Part shown: positions 61,601 through 64,000 of the stretch, piece by piece
How positions within the stretch are numbered: the first letter of the stretch is position 1
Layout of the letters: every line of letters begins with the position of its first letter
DNA from: Cyanophora paradoxa CCMP329
Lineage: Eukaryota; Plantae; Glaucophyta
Assembly (NCBI GenBank): GCA_004431415.1
Contig: QPMI01000602.1
Span: 186,001 to 250,000, forward strand
Length of the DNA stretch: 64,000 nucleotides
Direction: 5' to 3'
The notes under the pieces: model-generated
What the model saw: only the letters and a program-made list of their open reading frames with translations
Database searches by the model: none
What the model was told of the DNA's origin: nothing
Position numbers and translations under genes: made by a program

Positions 61601-64000
61601 GAAGAGCACGAACTCCGACGCTGACTCTGTGCGGGAGCCGAAGACCCGGACGTACTGCGCCCTGGGGGACCCCGTCACAGAGTCGCCGATGGACACTGCA
61701 CTCGGCCCGCTAACCTCCAAATCGAGCACCGACTCCCCCGCAGCCACCTCGCAGCAGGAGGGGAACGTCTCGAAGGGAAGTGGGCGGCCGACCCCGAACT
61801 ACAAGGCCCCGCCCGCCAAGATGCCCGAAATCGACTCGCTACCGGCGGTCGAGGGCTGCGAGTCCTTGGTACCCCTTTGCACTGACTGGCTCGACAACGT
61901 TGCTTACAACATGCACACTCGCCGTGTTAACAACCGCATGCACGTCGACGGCATCCAGTGCACTGACTGGCTTCGTGATGGCATCCCTTCGAGCGACCAG
62001 CGCCAGATCCACGCGCGTACCATCCTTTACTGCCCCGCCCTCCAGATGCTCACGACGTACCTCGAGCCGAAGGGCCCCGGTGTCTGCTGGGCTCGCGTCC
62101 GCAACGCTATCGATGCGGAAGGCGACTCGGAGGAGGCGCGCGCGCACCGCTTCCCCAAGCCCCACGACAACATGTACCCCGTCTTCACGCAGGCCTCCAA
62201 TTACCGTACCGCGGTATTCACGGAGGATGCGCACATGCCTCGCCGTCGGGACCTGTCTTTCGCCAACGAGACGTGTGCTGACTGCCACCCCCATGTCGTC
62301 GGCCGCCAGGAGAATGGTACCCTTGTTGCCCGCCCCATTCCCTCGGCACACCGTCGTGACGCGCCCAATGACGGACTTCGTACTGCTCACTCCGCGCTCA
62401 TCGCTGCGCTTGAAAGCCTCCCTACGTCGCACCCCGTTCGTGACCCGACCAGGGAGATGGAGTTCTTTGTGATCGCCCGCGACATCTCCGGACACGCGAA
62501 GAACGGGCGGTTCCCGATCCCGCCGGCGCTCGACGTGAACCCCGGCATCCCGTGCGCTGACGGCACTCACGCTCACCACAGCCACCCGCATTGGCACTTG
62601 CTGGCGGCCCGCCCGCTCATCAACCCGAAAGGCCACAGTGAGCACAAGCGTCTGAATGCGGCCGTCACACGCATCATTGCAGACACGGCCACTGAGGATG
62701 ACGTGACAACGTTGCGCACGTGGATCGCAATCGCCCGTGAGACGACGACTATCGCGGCAATTAACACTAACATCTCGAACACCAACGAGCAGCTTCGCCG
62801 GCCCTACCGGGGCGCTGAGGGCGAGCAGCTGTTACACTTGGTTGAAATGGCAGCGATGGCCATCACGAACACGGGCGCCCCGCCGCCTCGCACGCGGCAG
62901 GCTGCGGCCAACCACGTCACGAGTGTACTGCGTAAGGAGCTCGAGGCATTCGATGTTGACACTACGGTTCAGGCAATCGTCAACGCTCTGTGCGCCCGTC
63001 GTGTCTTCACTTTCACCGACGGCGCCATGGACACAACCGACGCGCCGCCTGCACCTACGACAACGCTGACGCTCCCAGGAGCTGCTGTCGTCGAGTCCCT
63101 CCTGAACCGTGTCAAGACGTCCTTCACCGACGCGCAGAACCGCAGCCCAACATTCATGCGCCCCAACCGACGAACGGCCGCTGTCAATTACGTTGAGAGC
63201 ACACTCCGCACGTACCTCCGTGGCTACGACGTCGAGTCTACGATCCTACTTCTCGTCTACATTCTCGAGCGCGAGGGTGAGCTACGGTTCGCCTCAGGCC
63301 CTGACGCGACTTCGGCAAAGGCTGCTGACGCCTACGCTCGTTTCGTCGCGGCAAACGCTCCGACCGACCCCGTCGCCGGACCCAGCTCTGTCGCGACGGC
63401 AGAGGGCCTCGCCCCTGAGGACAAGACGCCAATCGTCCCGCCGACCACGCCCACTCCACCCGCGCCCGCCGTACTGCGGCCCAAGGCGTCGGAGGACAGG
63501 GCTGACAATGACCCCATCAACCGCAACCGGAAGTTGCGCGAGATGCTGATGGACATTGCGGAAGACTCGATCACGCTCATCGCTCGTCGCCACCAGGCAG
63601 CGGGAGGTATGAGCGCGAGGGTGGAGACCGCGTCTTCGCCTCTCGCACGGTCGAGAAGATCATGGTCAGTGTTGGGGGACAGCAAATTCTTCTCTTCCTG
63701 TCGCCAGTCGACATGCCTGCACCGTGCCACACGTGCAGCATCGGCCCCGATGGCTCACCCGTCATCGTGAACCACCGGCTCCGTGCATCAGTGATCAGCA
63801 TTGCGCACCGCTACTACGAGTACATCGACTCGACCACGGGCAACACGGTGACAATGACTAACGTCGAGCTTCAGGAGCACTGCCGCCTCTGCACAACGCC
63901 GCCGTACATGGAGTTCGTCCGCAACTGCCCCGTGCCGTCGCCAACTTCACGCCAGCGCACGCCGTACCCGAGTACTCTGCGACCTGACGATGCACCGGCG
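58657..64000 (+). CDS. Gag-like polyprotein with two CCHC zinc knuckles; apparent frameshifts at ~60440 and ~63590; runs off the window
   Basis: CRNCGEHGHHASAC and CYNCGGEGHTQNRC, then a Gly-rich segment. Overlapping ORFs 58657-61188 and 60303-63770, plus a third frame open to the window end. Start codon uncertain. Confidence 0.7.
60804..60979 (+). repeat. 36-bp coding tandem repeat, ~5 copies
   Basis: Unit CGCCCGACTGGCCCCGTTGTTGACGCGCCGTCTTCG encoding RPTGPVVDAPSS. Confidence 0.9.

Larger units (their letters stand above)
58098..64000 (+). mobile_element. GC-rich retrotransposon (5' part) nested in the viral element; LTR versus DIRS/Ngaro class unresolved
   Basis: Compositional jump; ~550-bp leader; long intron-less Gag-like ORF with two CCHC knuckles; possible TGTT...AACA LTR at 58098-58395. 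No RT within the window. Confidence 0.7.

Overview
Eukaryotic nuclear DNA in three parts. (1) 1-~40,660 is a GC-rich host region with many short introns. It carries the 3' end of an HLIP/OHP-like LHC-motif gene, PEP carboxylase, CEP83, a WAC-DDT chromatin factor, a long Sfi1, two identical tRNA-Thr(CGT), a GST, THOC3/TEX1, PCNA, CRIPT, an ARM-repeat TKL kinase and a membrane protein. The gene set implies a flagellated photosynthetic protist; a glaucophyte such as Cyanophora is my guess, not proven. (2) ~40,660-58,097 is an abruptly AT-rich, intron-less, gene-dense endogenous dsDNA virus of the Polinton/Polinton-like virus/virophage supergroup. It encodes an rve integrase, protein-primed PolB, a Prim-Pol/D5 primase-helicase, an A32 packaging ATPase, a probable double-jelly-roll major capsid, two head-to-head minor capsid genes and a patatin-discoidin fusion. 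(3) ~58,098-64,000 is a GC-rich Gag/zinc-knuckle retroelement inserted into the viral patatin gene and running off the window. Most notable: a pPolB with apparently dead proofreading motifs alongside a primase-helicase, two copies of an inverted-iteron cassette, a conserved promoter motif, CpG loss that spares TCG/CGA, and frequent GC-AG host introns. All calls come from reading motifs by eye; exon boundaries are approximate.
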